Numbered from the stretch's first letter, positions 9,752 to 24,700 are shown. The stretch: DNA of 64,000 bases from Balanoglossus misakiensis (GCA_040954595.2 CM082586.2:1555124-1619123); one strand, 5' to 3'. The notes: generated by a model from the letters alone, not told the origin. Numbers and translations: made by a program.

Positions 9752-12700
9752 TAGCTCAGGAAAATCATCCAAAAATGACAATTTTTCGACTTTGCGAAAT
9801 ATCAAAATTTCTTCATTTTTTTGAAAAATATAGCTCATGAAAATCATCCAAAAATGACTTTGCGAATTTTCAAAATTTGGCCGATTTTTGAAAAAACCAT
9901 GGGTTATAGCTCAGGAAAATCATCAAAAAATGAGAATTTTTCGACTTTGCGAATTTTCAAAATTTGGTCGATTTTTGAAAAAAAACCATGGGTTATAGCT
10001 CAGGAAAATCATCAAAAAATGAGAATTTTTCGACTTTGCGAATTTTCAAAATTTGGTCGATTTTTGAAAAAACCATGGGTTATAGCTCAGGAAAATCATC
10101 AAAAAATGAGAATTTTTCGACTTTGCGAATTTTCAAAATTTGGTCGATTTTTGAAAAAACCATGGGTTATAGCTCAGGAAAATCATCAAAAAATGAGAAT
10201 TTTTCGACTTTGCGAATTTTCAAAATTTTGGTCGATTTTTGAAAAAACCATGGGTTATAGCTCAGGAAAATCATCAAAAAATGAGAATTTTTCGACTTTG
10301 CGAATTTTCAAAATTTGGTCGATTTTTGAAAAAACCATGGGTTATAGCTCAGGAAAATCATCAAAAAATGAGAATTTTTCGACTTTGCGAATTTTCAAAA
10401 TTTGGTCGATTTTTGAAAAAACCATGGGTTATAGCTCAGGAAAATCATCAAAAAATGAGAATTTTTCGACTTTGCGAATTTTCAAAATTTGGTCGATTTT
10501 TGAAAAAACCATGGGTTATAGCTCAGGAAAATCATCAAAAAATGAGAATTTTTCGACTTTGCGAATTTTCAAAATTTGGTCGATTTTTGAAAAAACCATG
10601 GGTTATAGCTCAGGAAAATCATCAAAAAATGAGAATTTTTCGACTTTGCGAATTTTCAAAATTTGGTCGATTTTTGAAAAAACCATGGGTTATAGCTCAG
10701 GAAAATCATCAAAAAATGAGAATTTTTCGACTTTGCGAATTTTCAAAATTTTGGTCGATTTTTGAAAAACCATGGGTTATAGCTCAGGAAAATCATCAAA
10801 AAATGAGAATTTTTCGACTTTGCGAATTTTCAAAATTTGGTCGATTTTTGAAAAAACCATGGGTTATAGCTCAGGAAAATCATCAAAAAATGAGAATTTT
10901 TCGACTTTGCGAATTTTCAAAATTTGGTCGATTTTTGAAAAAAACCATGGGTTATAGCTCAGGAAAATCATCAAAAAATGAGAATTTTTCGACTTTGCGA
11001 ATTTTCAAAATTTGGTCGATTTTTGAAAAAACCATGGGTTATAGCTCAGGAAAATCATCAAAAAATGAGAATTTTTCGACTTTGCGAATTTTCAAAATTT
11101 GGTCGATTTTTGAAAAAACCATGGGTTATAGCTCAGGAAAATCATCAAAAAATGAGAATTTTTCGACTTTGCGAATTTTCAAAATTTGGTCGATTTTTGA
11201 AAAAAACCATGGGTTATAGCTCAGGAAAATCATCAAAAAATGAGAATTTTTCGACTTTGCGAATTTTCAAAATTTGGTCGATTTTTGAAAAAACCATGGG
11301 TTATAGCTCAGGAAAATCATCAAAAAATGAGAATTTTTCGACTTTGCGAATTTTCAAAATTTGGTCGATTTTTGAAAAAAAACCATGGGTTATAGCTCAG
11401 GAAAATCATCAAAAAATGAGAATTTTTCGACTTTGCGAATTTTCAAAATTTGGTCGATTTTTGAAAAAACCATGGGTTATAGCTCAGGAAAATCATCAAA
11501 AAATGAGAATTTTTCGACTTTGCGAATTTTCAAAATTTGGTCGATTTTTGAAAAAACCATGGGTTATAGCTCAGGAAAATCATCAAAAAATGAGAATTTT
11601 TCGACTTTGCGAATTTTCAAAATTTGGTCGATTTTTGAAAAAACCATGGGTTATAGCTCAGGAAAATCATCAAAAAATGAGAATTTTTCGACTTTGCGAA
11701 TTTTCAAAATTTGGTCGATTTTTGAAAAAACCATGGGTTATAGCTCAGGAAAATCATCAAAAAATGAGAATTTTTCGACTTTGCGAATTTTCAAAATTTG
11801 GTCGATTTTTGAAAAAACCATGGGTTATAGCTCAGGAAAATCATCAAAAAATGAGAATTTTTCGACTTTGCGAATTTTCAAAATTTGGTCGATTTTTGAA
11901 AAAAAACCATGGGTTATAGCTCAGGAAAATCATCAAAAAATGAGAATTTTTCGACTTTGCGAATTTTCAAAATTTGGTCGATTTTTGAAAAAAAACCATG
12001 GGTTATAGCTCAGGAAAATCATCAAAAAATGAGAATTTTTCGACTTTGCGAATTTTCAAAATTTGGTCGATTTTTGAAAAAACCATGGGTTATAGCTCAG
12101 GAAAATCATCAAAAAATGAGAATTTTTCGACTTTGCGAATTTTCAAAATTTGGTCGATTTTTGAAAAAACCATGGGTTATAGCTCAGGAAAATCATCAAA
12201 AAATGAGAATTTTTCGACTTTGCGAATTTTCAAAATTTTGGTCGATTTTTGAAAAAACCATGGGTTATAGCTCAGGAAAATCATCAAAAAATGAGAATTT
12301 TTCGACTTTGCGAATTTTCAAAATTTGGTCGATTTTTGAAAAAACCATGGGTTATAGCTCAGGAAAATCATCAAAAAATGAGAATTTTTCGACTTTGCGA
12401 ATTTTCAAAATTTGGTCGATTTTTGAAAAAACCATGGGTTATAGCTCAGGAAAATCATCAAAAAATGAGAATTTTTCGACTTTGCGAATTTTCAAAATTT
12501 GGTCGATTTTTGAAAAAACCATGGGTTATAGCTCAGGAAAATCATCAAAAAATGAGAATTTTTCGACTTTGCGAATTTTCAAAATTTGGTCGATTTTTGA
12601 AAAAACCATGGGTTATAGCTCAGGAAAATCATCAAAAAATGAGAATTTTTCGACTTTGCGAATTTTCAAAATTTGGTCGATTTTTGAAAAAACCATGGGT

Positions 12701-15700
12701 TATAGCTCAGGAAAATCATCAAAAAATGAGAATTTTTCGACTTTGCGAATTTTCAAAATTTTGGTCGATTTTTGAAAAAACCATGGGTTATAGCTCAGGA
12801 AAATCATCAAAAAATGAGAATTTTTCGACTTTGCGAATTTTCAAATTTGGTCGATTTTTGAAAAAACCATGGGTTATAGCTCAGGAAAATCATCAAAAAA
12901 TGAGAATTTTTCGACTTTGCGAATTTTCAAAATTTGGTCGATTTTTGAAAAAACCATGGGTTATAGCTCAGGAAAATCATCAAAAAATGAGAATTTTTCG
13001 ACTTTGCGAATTTTCAAAATTTGGTCGATTTTTGAAAAAACCATGGGTTATAGCTCAGGAAAATCATCAAAAAATGAGAATTTTTCGACTTTGCGAATTT
13101 TCAAAATTTGGTCGATTTTTGAAAAAACCATGGGTTATAGCTCAGGAAAATCATCAAAAAATGAGAATTTTTCGACTTTGCGAATTTTCAAAATTTGGTC
13201 GATTTTTGAAAAAAACCATGGGTTATAGCTCAGGAAAATCATCAAAAAATGAGAATTTTTCGACTTTGCGAATTTTCAAAATTTGGTCGATTTTTGAAAA
13301 AACCATGGGTTATAGCTCAGGAAAATCATCAAAAAATGAGAATTTTTCGACTTTGCGAATTTTCAAAATTTGGTCGATTTTTGAAAAAAAACCATGGGTT
13401 ATAGCTCAGGAAAATCATCAAAAAATGAGAATTTTTCGACTTTGCGAATTTTCAAAATTTGGTCGATTTTTGAAAAAACCATGGGTTATAGCTCAGGAAA
13501 ATCATCAAAAAATGAGAATTTTTCGACTTTGCGAATTTTCAAAATTTGGTCGATTTTTGAAAAAACCATGGGTTATAGCTCAGGAAAATCATCAAAAAAT
13601 GAGAATTTTTCGACTTTGCGAATTTTCAAAATTTGGTCGATTTTTGAAAAAACCATGGGTTATAGCTCAGGAAAATCATCAAAAAATGAGAATTTTTCGA
13701 CTTTGCGAATTTTCAAAATTTGGTCGATTTTTGAAAAAACCATGGGTTATAGCTCAGGAAAATCATCAAAAAATGAGAATTTTTCGACTTTGCGAATTTT
13801 CAAAATTTGGTCGATTTTTGAAAAAACCATGGGTTATAGCTCAGGAAAATCATCAAAAAATGAGAATTTTTCGACTTTGCGAATTTTCAAAATTTGGTCG
13901 ATTTTTGAAAAAAAACCATGGGTTATAGCTCAGGAAAATCATCAAAAATGAGAATTTTTCGACTTTGCGAATTTTCAAAATTTGGTCGATTTTTGAAAAA
14001 AAAACCATGGGTTATAGCTCAGGAAAATCATCAAAAAATGAGAATTTTTCGACTTTGCGAATTTTCAAAATTTGGTCGATTTTTGAAAAAACCATGGGTT
14101 ATAGCTCAGGAAAATCATCAAAAAATGAGAATTTTTCGACTTTGCGAATTTTCAAAATTTGGTCGATTTTTGAAAAAACCATGGGTTATAGCTCAGGAAA
14201 ATCATCAAAAAATGAGAATTTTTCGACTTTGCGAATTTTCAAAATTTTGGTCGATTTTTGAAAAAACCATGGGTTATAGCTCAGGAAAATCATCAAAAAT
14301 GAGAATTTTTCGACTTTGCGAATTTTCAAAATTTGGTCGATTTTTGAAAAAACCATGGGTTATAGCTCAGGAAAATCATCAAAAAATGAGAATTTTTCGA
14401 CTTTGCGAATTTTCAAAATTTGGTCGATTTTTGAAAAAACCATGGGTTATAGCTCAGGAAAATCATCAAAAAATGAGAATTTTTCGACTTTGCGAATTTT
14501 CAAAATTTGGTCGATTTTTGAAAAAACCATGGGTTATAGCTCAGGAAAATCATCAAAAAATGAGAATTTTTCGACTTTGCGAATTTTCAAAATTTGGTCG
14601 ATTTTTGAAAAAACCATGGGTTATAGCTCAGGAAAATCATCAAAAAATGAGAATTTTTCGACTTTGCGAATTTTCAAAATTTGGTCGATTTTTGAAAAAA
14701 CCATGGGTTATAGCTCAGGAAAATCATCAAAAAATGAGAATTTTTCGACTTTGCGAATTTTCAAAATTTTGGTCGATTTTTGAAAAAACCATGGGTTATA
14801 GCTCAGGAAAATCATCAAAAAATGAGAATTTTTCGACTTTGCGAATTTTCAAAATTTGGTCGATTTTTGAAAAAACCATGGGTTATAGCTCAGGAAAATC
14901 ATCAAAAAATGAGAATTTTTCGACTTTGCGAATTTTCAAAATTTGGTCGATTTTTGAAAAAAACCATGGGTTATAGCTCAGGAAAATCATCAAAAAATGA
15001 GAATTTTTCGACTTTGCGAATTTTCAAAATTTGGTCGATTTTTGAAAAAACCATGGGTTATAGCTCAGGAAAATCATCAAAAAATGAGAATTTTTCGACT
15101 TTGCGAATTTTCAAAATTTGGTCGATTTTTGAAAAAACCATGGGTTATAGCTCAGGAAAATCATCAAAAAATGAGAATTTTTCGACTTTGCGAATTTTCA
15201 AAATTTGGTCGATTTTTGAAAAAAACCATGGGTTATAGCTCAGGAAAATCATCAAAAAATGAGAATTTTTCGACTTTGCGAATTTTCAAAATTTGGTCGA
15301 TTTTTGAAAAAACCATGGGTTATAGCTCAGGAAATCATCAAAAAATGAGAATTTTTCGACTTTGCGAATTTTCAAAATTTGGTCGATTTTTGAAAAAAAA
15401 CCATGGGTTATAGCTCAGGAAAATCATCAAAAAATGAGAATTTTTCGACTTTGCGAATTTTCAAAATTTGGTCGATTTTTGAAAAAACCATGGGTTATAG
15501 CTCAGGAAAATCATCAAAAAATGAGAATTTTTCGACTTTGCGAATTTTCAAAATTTGGTCGATTTTTGAAAAAACCATGGGTTATAGCTCAGGAAAATCA
15601 TCAAAAAATGAGAATTTTTCGACTTTGCGAATTTTCAAAATTTGGTCGATTTTTGAAAAAACATGGGTTATAGCTCAGGAAAATCATCAAAAAATGAGAA

Positions 15701-18700
15701 TTTTTCGACTTTGCGAATTTTCAAAATTTGGTCGATTTTTGAAAAAACCATGGGTTATAGCTCAGGAAAATCATCAAAAAATGAGAATTTTTCGACTTTG
15801 CGAATTTTCAAAATTTGGTCGATTTTTGAAAAAAACCATGGGTTATAGCTCAGGAAAATCATCAAAAAATGAGAATTTTTCGACTTTGCGAATTTTCAAA
15901 ATTGGTCGATTTTTGAAAAAACCATGGGTTATAGCTCAGGAAAATCATCAAAAAATGAGAATTTTTCGACTTTGCGAATTTTCAAAATTTTGGTCGATTT
16001 TTGAAAAAACCATGGGTTATAGCTCAGGAAAATCATCAAAAAATGAGAATTTTTCGACTTTGCGAATTTTCAAAATTTGGTCGATTTTTGGAAAAAACCA
16101 TGGGTTATAGCTCAGGAAAATCATCAAAAAATGAGAATTTTTCGACTTTGCGAATTTTCAAAATTTGGTCGATTTTTGAAAAAACCATGGGTTATAGCTC
16201 AGGAAAATCATCAAAAAATGAGAATTTTTCGACTTTGCGAATTTTCAAAATTTGGTCGATTTTTGAAAAACCATGGCTTATAGCTCAGGAAAATCATCAA
16301 AAAATGAGAATTTTTCGACTTTGCGAATTTTCAAAATTTGGTCGATTTTTGAAAAAACCATGGGTATAGCTCAGGAAAATCATCAAAAAATGAGAATTTT
16401 TCGACTTTGCGAATTTTCAAAATTTGGTCGATTTTTGAAAAAAACCATGGGTTATAGCTCAGGAAAATCATCAAAAAATGAGAATTTTTCGACTTTGCGA
16501 ATTTTCAAAATTTGGTCGATTTTTGAAAAAAACCATGGGTTATAGCTCAGGAAAATCATCAAAAAAATGAGTATTTTTCGAATTTGCGAATTTTCAAAAT
16601 TTGGTCGATTTTTGAAAAAACCATGGGTTATAGCTCAGGAAAATCATCAAAAAATGAGAATTTTTCGACTTTGCGAATTTTCAAAATTTGGTCGATTTTT
16701 GGAAAAACCATGGGTTATAGCTCAGGAAAATCATCAAAAATGAGAATTTTTCGACTTTGCGAATTTTCAAAATTTGGTCGATTTTTGAAAAAACCATGGG
16801 TTATAGCTCAGGAAAATCATCAAAAAATGAGAATTTTTCGACTTTGCGAATTTTCAAAATTTGGTCGATTTTTTGAAAAACCATGGGTTATAGCTCAGGA
16901 AAATCATCAAAAAATGAGAATTTTTCGACTTTGCGAATTTTCAAAATTTGGTCGATTTTTGAAAAAACCATGGGTTATAGCTCAGGAAAATCATCAAAAA
17001 ATGAGAATTTTTCGACTTTGCGAATTTTCAAAATTTTGGTCGATTTTTGAAAAAACCATGGGTTATAGCTCAGGAAAATCATCAAAAAAATGAGAATTTT
17101 TTCGACTTTGCGAATTTTCAAAATTTTTGGTCGATTTTTGAAAAAACCATGGGTTATAGCTCAGGAAAATCATCAAAAAATGAGAATGTTTCGACTTTGC
17201 GAATTTTCAAAATTTGGTCGATTTTTGAAAAAACCATGGGTTATAGCTCAGGAAAATCATCAAAAAATGAGAATTTTTCGACATTGCGAATTTTCAAAAT
17301 TTGGTCGATTTTTGAAAAAAACCATGGGTTATAGCTCAGGAAAATCATCAAAAAATGAGAATTTTTCGACTTTGCGAATTTTCAAAATTTGGTCGATTTT
17401 TGAAAAAACCATGGCTTATAGCTCAGGAAAATCATCAAAAAATGAGAATTTTTCGACTTTGCGAATTTTCAAAATTTGGTCGATTTTTGAAAAAACCATG
17501 GGTTATAGCTCAGGAAAATCATCAAAAAATGAGAATTTTTCGACTTTGCGAATTTTCAAAATTTGGTCGATTTTTGAAAAAACCATGGGTTATAGCTCAG
17601 GAAAATCATCAAAAAATGAGAATTTTTCGACTTTGCGAATTTTCAAAATTTGGTCGATTTTTGAAAAAACCATGGGTTATAGCTCAGGAAAATCATCAAA
17701 AAAATGAGAATTTTTCGACTTTGCGAATTTTCAAAATTTGGTCGATTTTTGAAAAAAACCATGGGTTATAGCTCAGGAAAATCATCAAAAAATGAGAATT
17801 TTTCGACTTTGCGAATTTTCAAAATTTGGTCGATTTTTGAAAAAACCATGGGTTATAGCTCAGGAAAATCATCAAAAAATGAGAATTTTTCGACTTTGCG
17901 AATTTTCAAAATTTGGTCGATTTTTGAAAAAAAACCATGGGTTATAGCTCAGGAAAATCATCAAAAAATGAGAATTTTTCGACTTTGCGAATTTTCAAAA
18001 TTTGGTCGATTTTTGAAAAAACCATGGGTTATAGCTCAGGAAAATCATCAAAAAATGAGAATTTTTCGACTTTGCGAATTTTCAAAATTTGGTCGATTTT
18101 TGAAAAAACCATGGGTTATAGCTCAGGAAAATCATCAAAAAAATGAGAATTTTTCGACTTTGCGAATTTTCAAAATTTGGTCGATTTTTTGAAAAAACCA
18201 TGGGTTATAGCTCAGGAAAATCATCAAAAAATGAGAATTTTTCGACTTTGCGAATTTTCAAAATTTGGTCGATTTTTGAAAAAACCATGGGTTATAGCTC
18301 AGGAAAATCATCAAAAAATGAGAATTTTTCGACTTTGCGAATTTTCAAAATTTGGTCGATTTTTGAAAAAAAACCATGGGTTATAGCTCAGGAAAATCAT
18401 CAAAAAATGAGAATTTTTCGACTTTGCGAATTTTCAAAATTTGGTCGATTTTTGAAAAAACCATGGGTTATAGCTCAGGAAAATCATCAAAAAATGAGAA
18501 TTTTTCGACTTTGCGAATTTTCAAAATTTGGTCGATTTTTGAAAAAACCATGGGTTATAGCTCAGGAAAATCATCAAAAAATGAGAATTTTTCGACTTTG
18601 CGAATTTTCAAAATTTGGTCGATTTTTGAAAAAAACCATGGGTTATAGCTCAGGAAAATCATCAAAAAATGAGAATTTTTCGACTTTGCGAATTTTCAAA

Positions 18701-21700
18701 ATTTGGTCGATTTTTGAAAAAAACCATGGGTTATAGCTCAGGAAAATCATCAAAAAATGAGAATTTTTCGACTTTGCGAATTTTCAAAATTTGGTCGATT
18801 TTTGAAAAAACCATGGGTTATAGCTCAGGAAAATCATCAAAAAATGAGAATTTTCGACTTTGCGAATTTTCAAAATTTGGTCGATTTTTGAAAAAACCAT
18901 GGGTTATAGCTCAGGAAAATCATCAAAAAATGAGAATTTTTCGACTTTGCGAATTTTCAAAATTTGGTCGATTTTTGAAAAAAACCATGGGTTATAGCTC
19001 AGGAAAATCATCAAAAAATGAGTATTTTTCGACTTTGCGAATTTTCAAAATTTGGTCGATTTTGAAAAAACCATGGGTTATAGCTCAGGAAAATCATCAA
19101 AAAAATGAGAATTTTTCGACTTTGCGAATTTTCAAAATTTGGTCGATTTTTGAAAAAACCATGGGTTATAGCCTCAGGAAAATCATCAAAAAATGAGAAT
19201 TTTTCGACTTTGCGAATTTTCAAAATTTGGTCGATTTTTGAAAAAACCATGGGTTATAGCTCAGGAAAATCATCAAAAAATGAGAATTTTTCGACTTTGC
19301 GAATTTTCAAAATTTGGTCGATTTTTGAAAAAACCATGGGTTATAGCTCAGGAAAATCATCAAAAAATGAGAATTTTTCGACTTTGCAAATTTTCAAAAT
19401 TTGGTCGATTTTTGAAAAAACCATGGGTTATAGCTCAGGAAAATCATCAAAAAATGAGAATTTTTCGACTTTGCGAATTTTCAAAATTTGGTCGATTTTT
19501 GAAAAAACCATGGGTTATAGCTCAGGAAAATCATCAAAAAATGAGAATTTTTCGACTTTGCGAATTTTCAAAATTTGGTCGATTTTTGAAAAAACCATGG
19601 GTTATAGCCCAGGAAAATCATCAAAAAATGAGAATTTTTCGACTTTGCGAATTTTCAAAAATTTGGTCGATTTTTGAAAAAACCATGGGTTATAGCTCAG
19701 GAAAATCATCAAAAAATGAGAATTTTTCGACTTTGCGAATTTTCAAAATTTGGTCGATTTTTGAAAAAACCATGGGTTATAGCTCAGGAAAATCATCAAA
19801 AAATGAGAATTTTTCGACTTTGCGAATTTTCAAAATTTGGTCGATTTTTGAAAAAACCATGGGTTATAGCTCAGGAAAATCATAAAAAAATGAGAACTTT
19901 TCGACTTTGCGAATTTTCAAAATTTGGTCGATTTTTGAAAAAACCATGGGTTATAGCTCAGGAAAATCATCAAAAAATGAGAATTTTTCGACTTTGCGAA
20001 TTTTCAAAATTTGGTCGATTTTTGAAAAAAACCATGGGTTATAGCTAAGGAAAATCATCAAAAAATGAGAATTTTTCGACTTTGCGAAGTTTCAAAATTT
20101 GGTCGATTTTTGAAAAAACCATGGGTTATAGCTCAGGAAAATCATCAAAAAATGAGAATTTTTCGACTTTGCGAATTTTCAAAATTTGGTCGATTTTTGA
20201 AAAAACCATGGGTTATAGCTCAGGAAAATCATCAAAAAATGAGAATTTTTCGACTTTGCGAATTTTCAAAATTTGGTCGATTTTTGAAAAAACCATGGGT
20301 TATAGCTCAGGAAAATCATCAAAAAATGAGAATTTTTCGACTTTGCGAATTTTCAAAATTTGGTCGATTTTTGAAAAAACCATGGGTTATAGCTCAGGAA
20401 AATCATCAAAAAATGAGAATTTTTCGACTTTGCGAATTTTCAAAATTTGGTCGATTTTTGAAAAAACCATGGGTTATAGCTCAGGAAAATCATCAAAAAA
20501 TGAGAATTTTTCGACTTTGCGAATTTTCAAAATTTGGTCGATTTTTGAAAAAACCATGGGTTATAGCTCAGGAAAATCATCAAAAAATGAGAATTTTTCG
20601 ACTTTGCGAATTTTCAAAATTTGGTCGATTTTGAAAAAACCATGGGTTATAGCTCAGGAAAATCATCAAAAAATGAGAATTTTTCGACTTTGCGAATTTT
20701 CAAAATTTGGTCGATTTTTGAAAAAAACCATGGGTTATAGCTCAGGAAAATCATCAAAAAATGAGTATTTTTCGACTTTGCGAATTTTCAAAATTTGGTC
20801 GATTTTTGAAAAAACCATGGGTTATAGCTCAGGAAAATCATCAAAAAATGAGAATTTTTCGACTTTGCGAATTTTCAAAATTTGGTCGATTTTTGAAAAA
20901 ACCATGGGTTATAGCTCAGGAAAATCATCAAAAAATGAGAATTTTTCGACTTTGCGAATTTTCAAAATTTGGTCGATTTTTGAAAAAACCATGGGTTATA
21001 GCTCAGGAAAATCATCAAAAAATGAGAATTTTTCGACTTTGCGAATTTTCAAAATTTGGTCGATTTTTGAAAAAACCATGGGTTATAGCTCAGGAAAATC
21101 ATCAAAAAATGAGAATTTTTCGACTTTGCGATTTTCAAAATTTGGTCGATTTTTGAAAAAACCATGGGTTATAGCTCAGGAAAATCATCAAAAAATGAGA
21201 ATTTTTCGACTTTGCGAATTTTCAAAATTTGGTCGATTTTTGAAAAAAACCATGGGTTATAGCTCAGGAAAATCATCAAAAAATGAGAATTTTTCGACTT
21301 TGCGAATTTTCAAAATTTGGTCGATTTTTGAAAAAACCATGGGTTATAGCTCAGGAAAATCATCAAAAAATGAGAATTTTTCGACTTTGCGAATTTTCAA
21401 AATTTGGTCGATTTTTGAAAAAACCATGGGTTATAGCTCAGGAAAATCATCAAAAAATGAGAATTTTTCGACTTTGCGAATTTTCAAAATTTGGTCGATT
21501 TTTGAAAAAAACCATGGGTTATAGCTCAGGAAAATCATCAAAAAATGAGAATTTTTCGACTTTGCGAATTTTCAAAATTTGGTCGATTTTTGAAAAAAAC
21601 ATGGGTTATAGCTCAGGAAAATCATCAAAAAATGAGAATTTTTCGACTTTGCGAATTTTCAAAATTTGGTCGATTTTTGAAAAAACCATGGGTTATAGCT

Positions 21701-24700
21701 CAGGAAAATCATCAAAAAATGAGAATTTTTCGACTTTGCGAATTTTCAAAATTTGGTCGATTTTTGAAAAAACCATGGGTTATAGCTCAGGAAAATCATC
21801 AAAAAATGAGAATTTTTCGACTTTGCGAATTTTCAAAATTTGGTCGATTTTTGAAAAAAACCATGGGTTATAGCTCAGGAAAATCATCAAAAAATGAGAA
21901 TTTTTCGACTTTGCGAATTTTCAAAATTTGGTCGATTTTTGAAAAAATCCATGGGTTATAGCTCAGGAAAATCATCAAAAAATGAGAATTTTTCGACTTT
22001 GCGAATTTTCAAAATTTGGTCGATTTTTGAAAAAAACATGGGTTATAGCTCAGGAAAATCATCACAAAATGAGAATTTTTCGACTTTGCGAATTTTCAAA
22101 ATTTGGTCGATTTTTGAAAAAACCATGGGTTATAGCTCAGGAAAATCATCAAAAAATGAGAATTTTTCGACTTTGCGAATTTTCAAAATTTGGTCGATTT
22201 TTGAAAAAACCATGGGTTATAGCTCAGGAAAATCATCAAAAAATGAGAATTTTTCGACTTTGCGAATTTTTAAATTTGGTCGATTTTTGAAAAAAACATG
22301 GGTTATAGCTCAGGAAAATCATCAAAAAATGAGAATTTTTCGACTTTGCGAATTTTCAAAATTTGGTCGATTTTTGAAAAAACCATGGGTTATAGCTCAG
22401 GAAAATCATCAAAAAATGAGAATTTTTCGACTTTGCGAATTTTCAAAATTTGGTCGATTTTTGAAAAAACCATGGGTTATAGCTCAGGAAAATCATCAAA
22501 AAATGAGAATTTTTCGACTTTGCGAATTTTCAAAATTTGGTCGATTTTTGAAAAAACCATGGGCTCAGGAAAATCATCAAAAAATGAGAATTTTTCGACT
22601 TTGCGAATTTTCAAAATTTGGTCGATTTTTGAAAAAACCATGGGTTATAGCTCAGGAAAATCATCAAAAAATGAGAATTTTTCGACTTTGCGAATTTTCA
22701 AAATTTGGTCGATTTTTGAAAAAACCATGGGTTATAGCTCAGGAAAATCATCAAAAAATGAGAATTTTTCGACTTTGCGAATTTTCAAAATTTGGTCGAT
22801 TTTTGAAAAAACCATGGGTTATAGCTCAGGAAAATCATCAAAAAATGAGAATTTTTCGACTTTGCGAATTTTCAAAATTTGGTCGATTTTTGAAAAAACC
22901 ATGGGTTATAGCTCAGGAAAATCATCAAAAAATGAGAATTTTTCGACTTTGCGAATTTTCAAAATTTGGTCGATTTTTGAAAAAACCATGGGTTATAGCT
23001 CAGGAAAATCATCAAAAAATGAGAATTTTTCGACTTTGCGAATTTTCAAAATTTGGTCGATTTTTGAAAAAACCATGGGTTATAGCTCAGGAAAATCATC
23101 AAAAAATGAGAATTTTTCGACTTTGCGAATTTTCAAAATTTGGTCGATTTTTGAAAAAAACCATGGGTTATAGCTCAGGAAAATCATCAAAAAATGAGAA
23201 TTTTTCGACTTTGCGAATTTTCAAAATTTGGTCGATTTTTGAAAAAAACCATGGGTTATAGCTCAGGAAAATCATCAAAAAATGAGAATTTTTCGACTTT
23301 GCGAATTTTCAAAATTTGGTCGATTTTTGAAAAAACCATGGGTTATAGCTCAGGAAAATCATCAAAAAATGAGAATTTTTCGACTTTGCGAATTTTCAAA
23401 ATTTGGTCGATTTTTGAAAAAACCATGGGTTATAGCTCAGGAAAATCATCAAAAAATGAGAATTTTTCGACTTTTCGAATTTTCAAAATTTGGTCGATTT
23501 TTGAAAAAAACCATGGGTTATAGCTCAAGAAAATCATCAAAAAATGAGAATTTTTCGACTTTGCGAATTTTCAAAATTTGGTCGATTTTTGAAAAAAACC
23601 ATGGGTTATAGCTCAGGAAAATCATCAAAAAATGAGAATTTTTCGACTTTGCGAATTTTCAAAATTTGGTCGATTTTTGAAAAAAACCATGGGTTATAGC
23701 TCAGGAAAATCATCAAAAAATGAGAATTTTTCGACTTTGCGAATTTTCAAAATTTGGTCGATTTTTGAAAAAAACCATGGGTTATAGCTCAGGAAAATCA
23801 TCAAAAAATGAGAATTTTTCGACTTTGCGAATTTTCAAAATTTGGTCGATTTTTGAAAAAACCATGGGTTATAGCTCAGGAAAATCATCGAAAAATGAGA
23901 ATTTTTCGACTTTGCGAATTTTCAAAATTTGGTCGATTTTTGAAAAAACCATGGGTTATAGCTCAGGAAAATCATCAAAAAATGAGAATTTTTCGACTTT
24001 TCCAATTTTCAAAATTTGGTCGATTTTTGAAAAAAACCATGGGTTATAGCTCAGGAAAATCATAAAAAAATGAGAATTTTTCAACTTTGCGAATTTTCAA
24101 AATTTGGTCGATTTTTGAAAAAAACCACGGGTTTTAGCTCAGGAAAATCATCAAAAAATGAGAATTTTTCGACTTTGCGAATTTTCAAAATTTGGTCGAT
24201 TTTTGAAAAAAACCATGGGTTATAGCTCAGGAAAATCATCAAAAAATGAGAATTTTTCGACTTTGCGAATTTTCAAAATTTGGTCGATTTTTGAAAAAAC
24301 CATGGGTTATAGCTCAGGAAAATCATCAAAAAATGAGAATTTTTCGACTTTGCGAATTTTCAAAATTTGGTCGATTTTTGAAAAAAAACATTATAGCTCA
24401 GGAAAATCATCAAAAAATGAGAATTTTTCGACTTTGCGAATTTTCAAAATTTGGTCGATTTTTGAAAAAACCATGGGTTATAGCTCAGGAAAATCATCGA
24501 AAAATGAGAATTTTTCGACTTTGCGAATTTTCAAAATTTGGTCGATTTTTGAAAAAACCATGGGTTATAGCTCAGGAAAATCATCGAAAAATGAGAATTT
24601 TTCGACTTTGCGAATTTTCAAAATTTGGTCGATTTTTGAAAAAACCATGGGTTATAGCTCAGGAAAATCATCAAAAAATGAGAATTTTTCGACTTTTCCA

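Noticed and set aside
15300-19700. Dense singleton indels suggesting a separate degenerate satellite subfamily
   Set aside because: These are mostly non-recurring homopolymer changes and cannot be told from lower consensus quality without reads.
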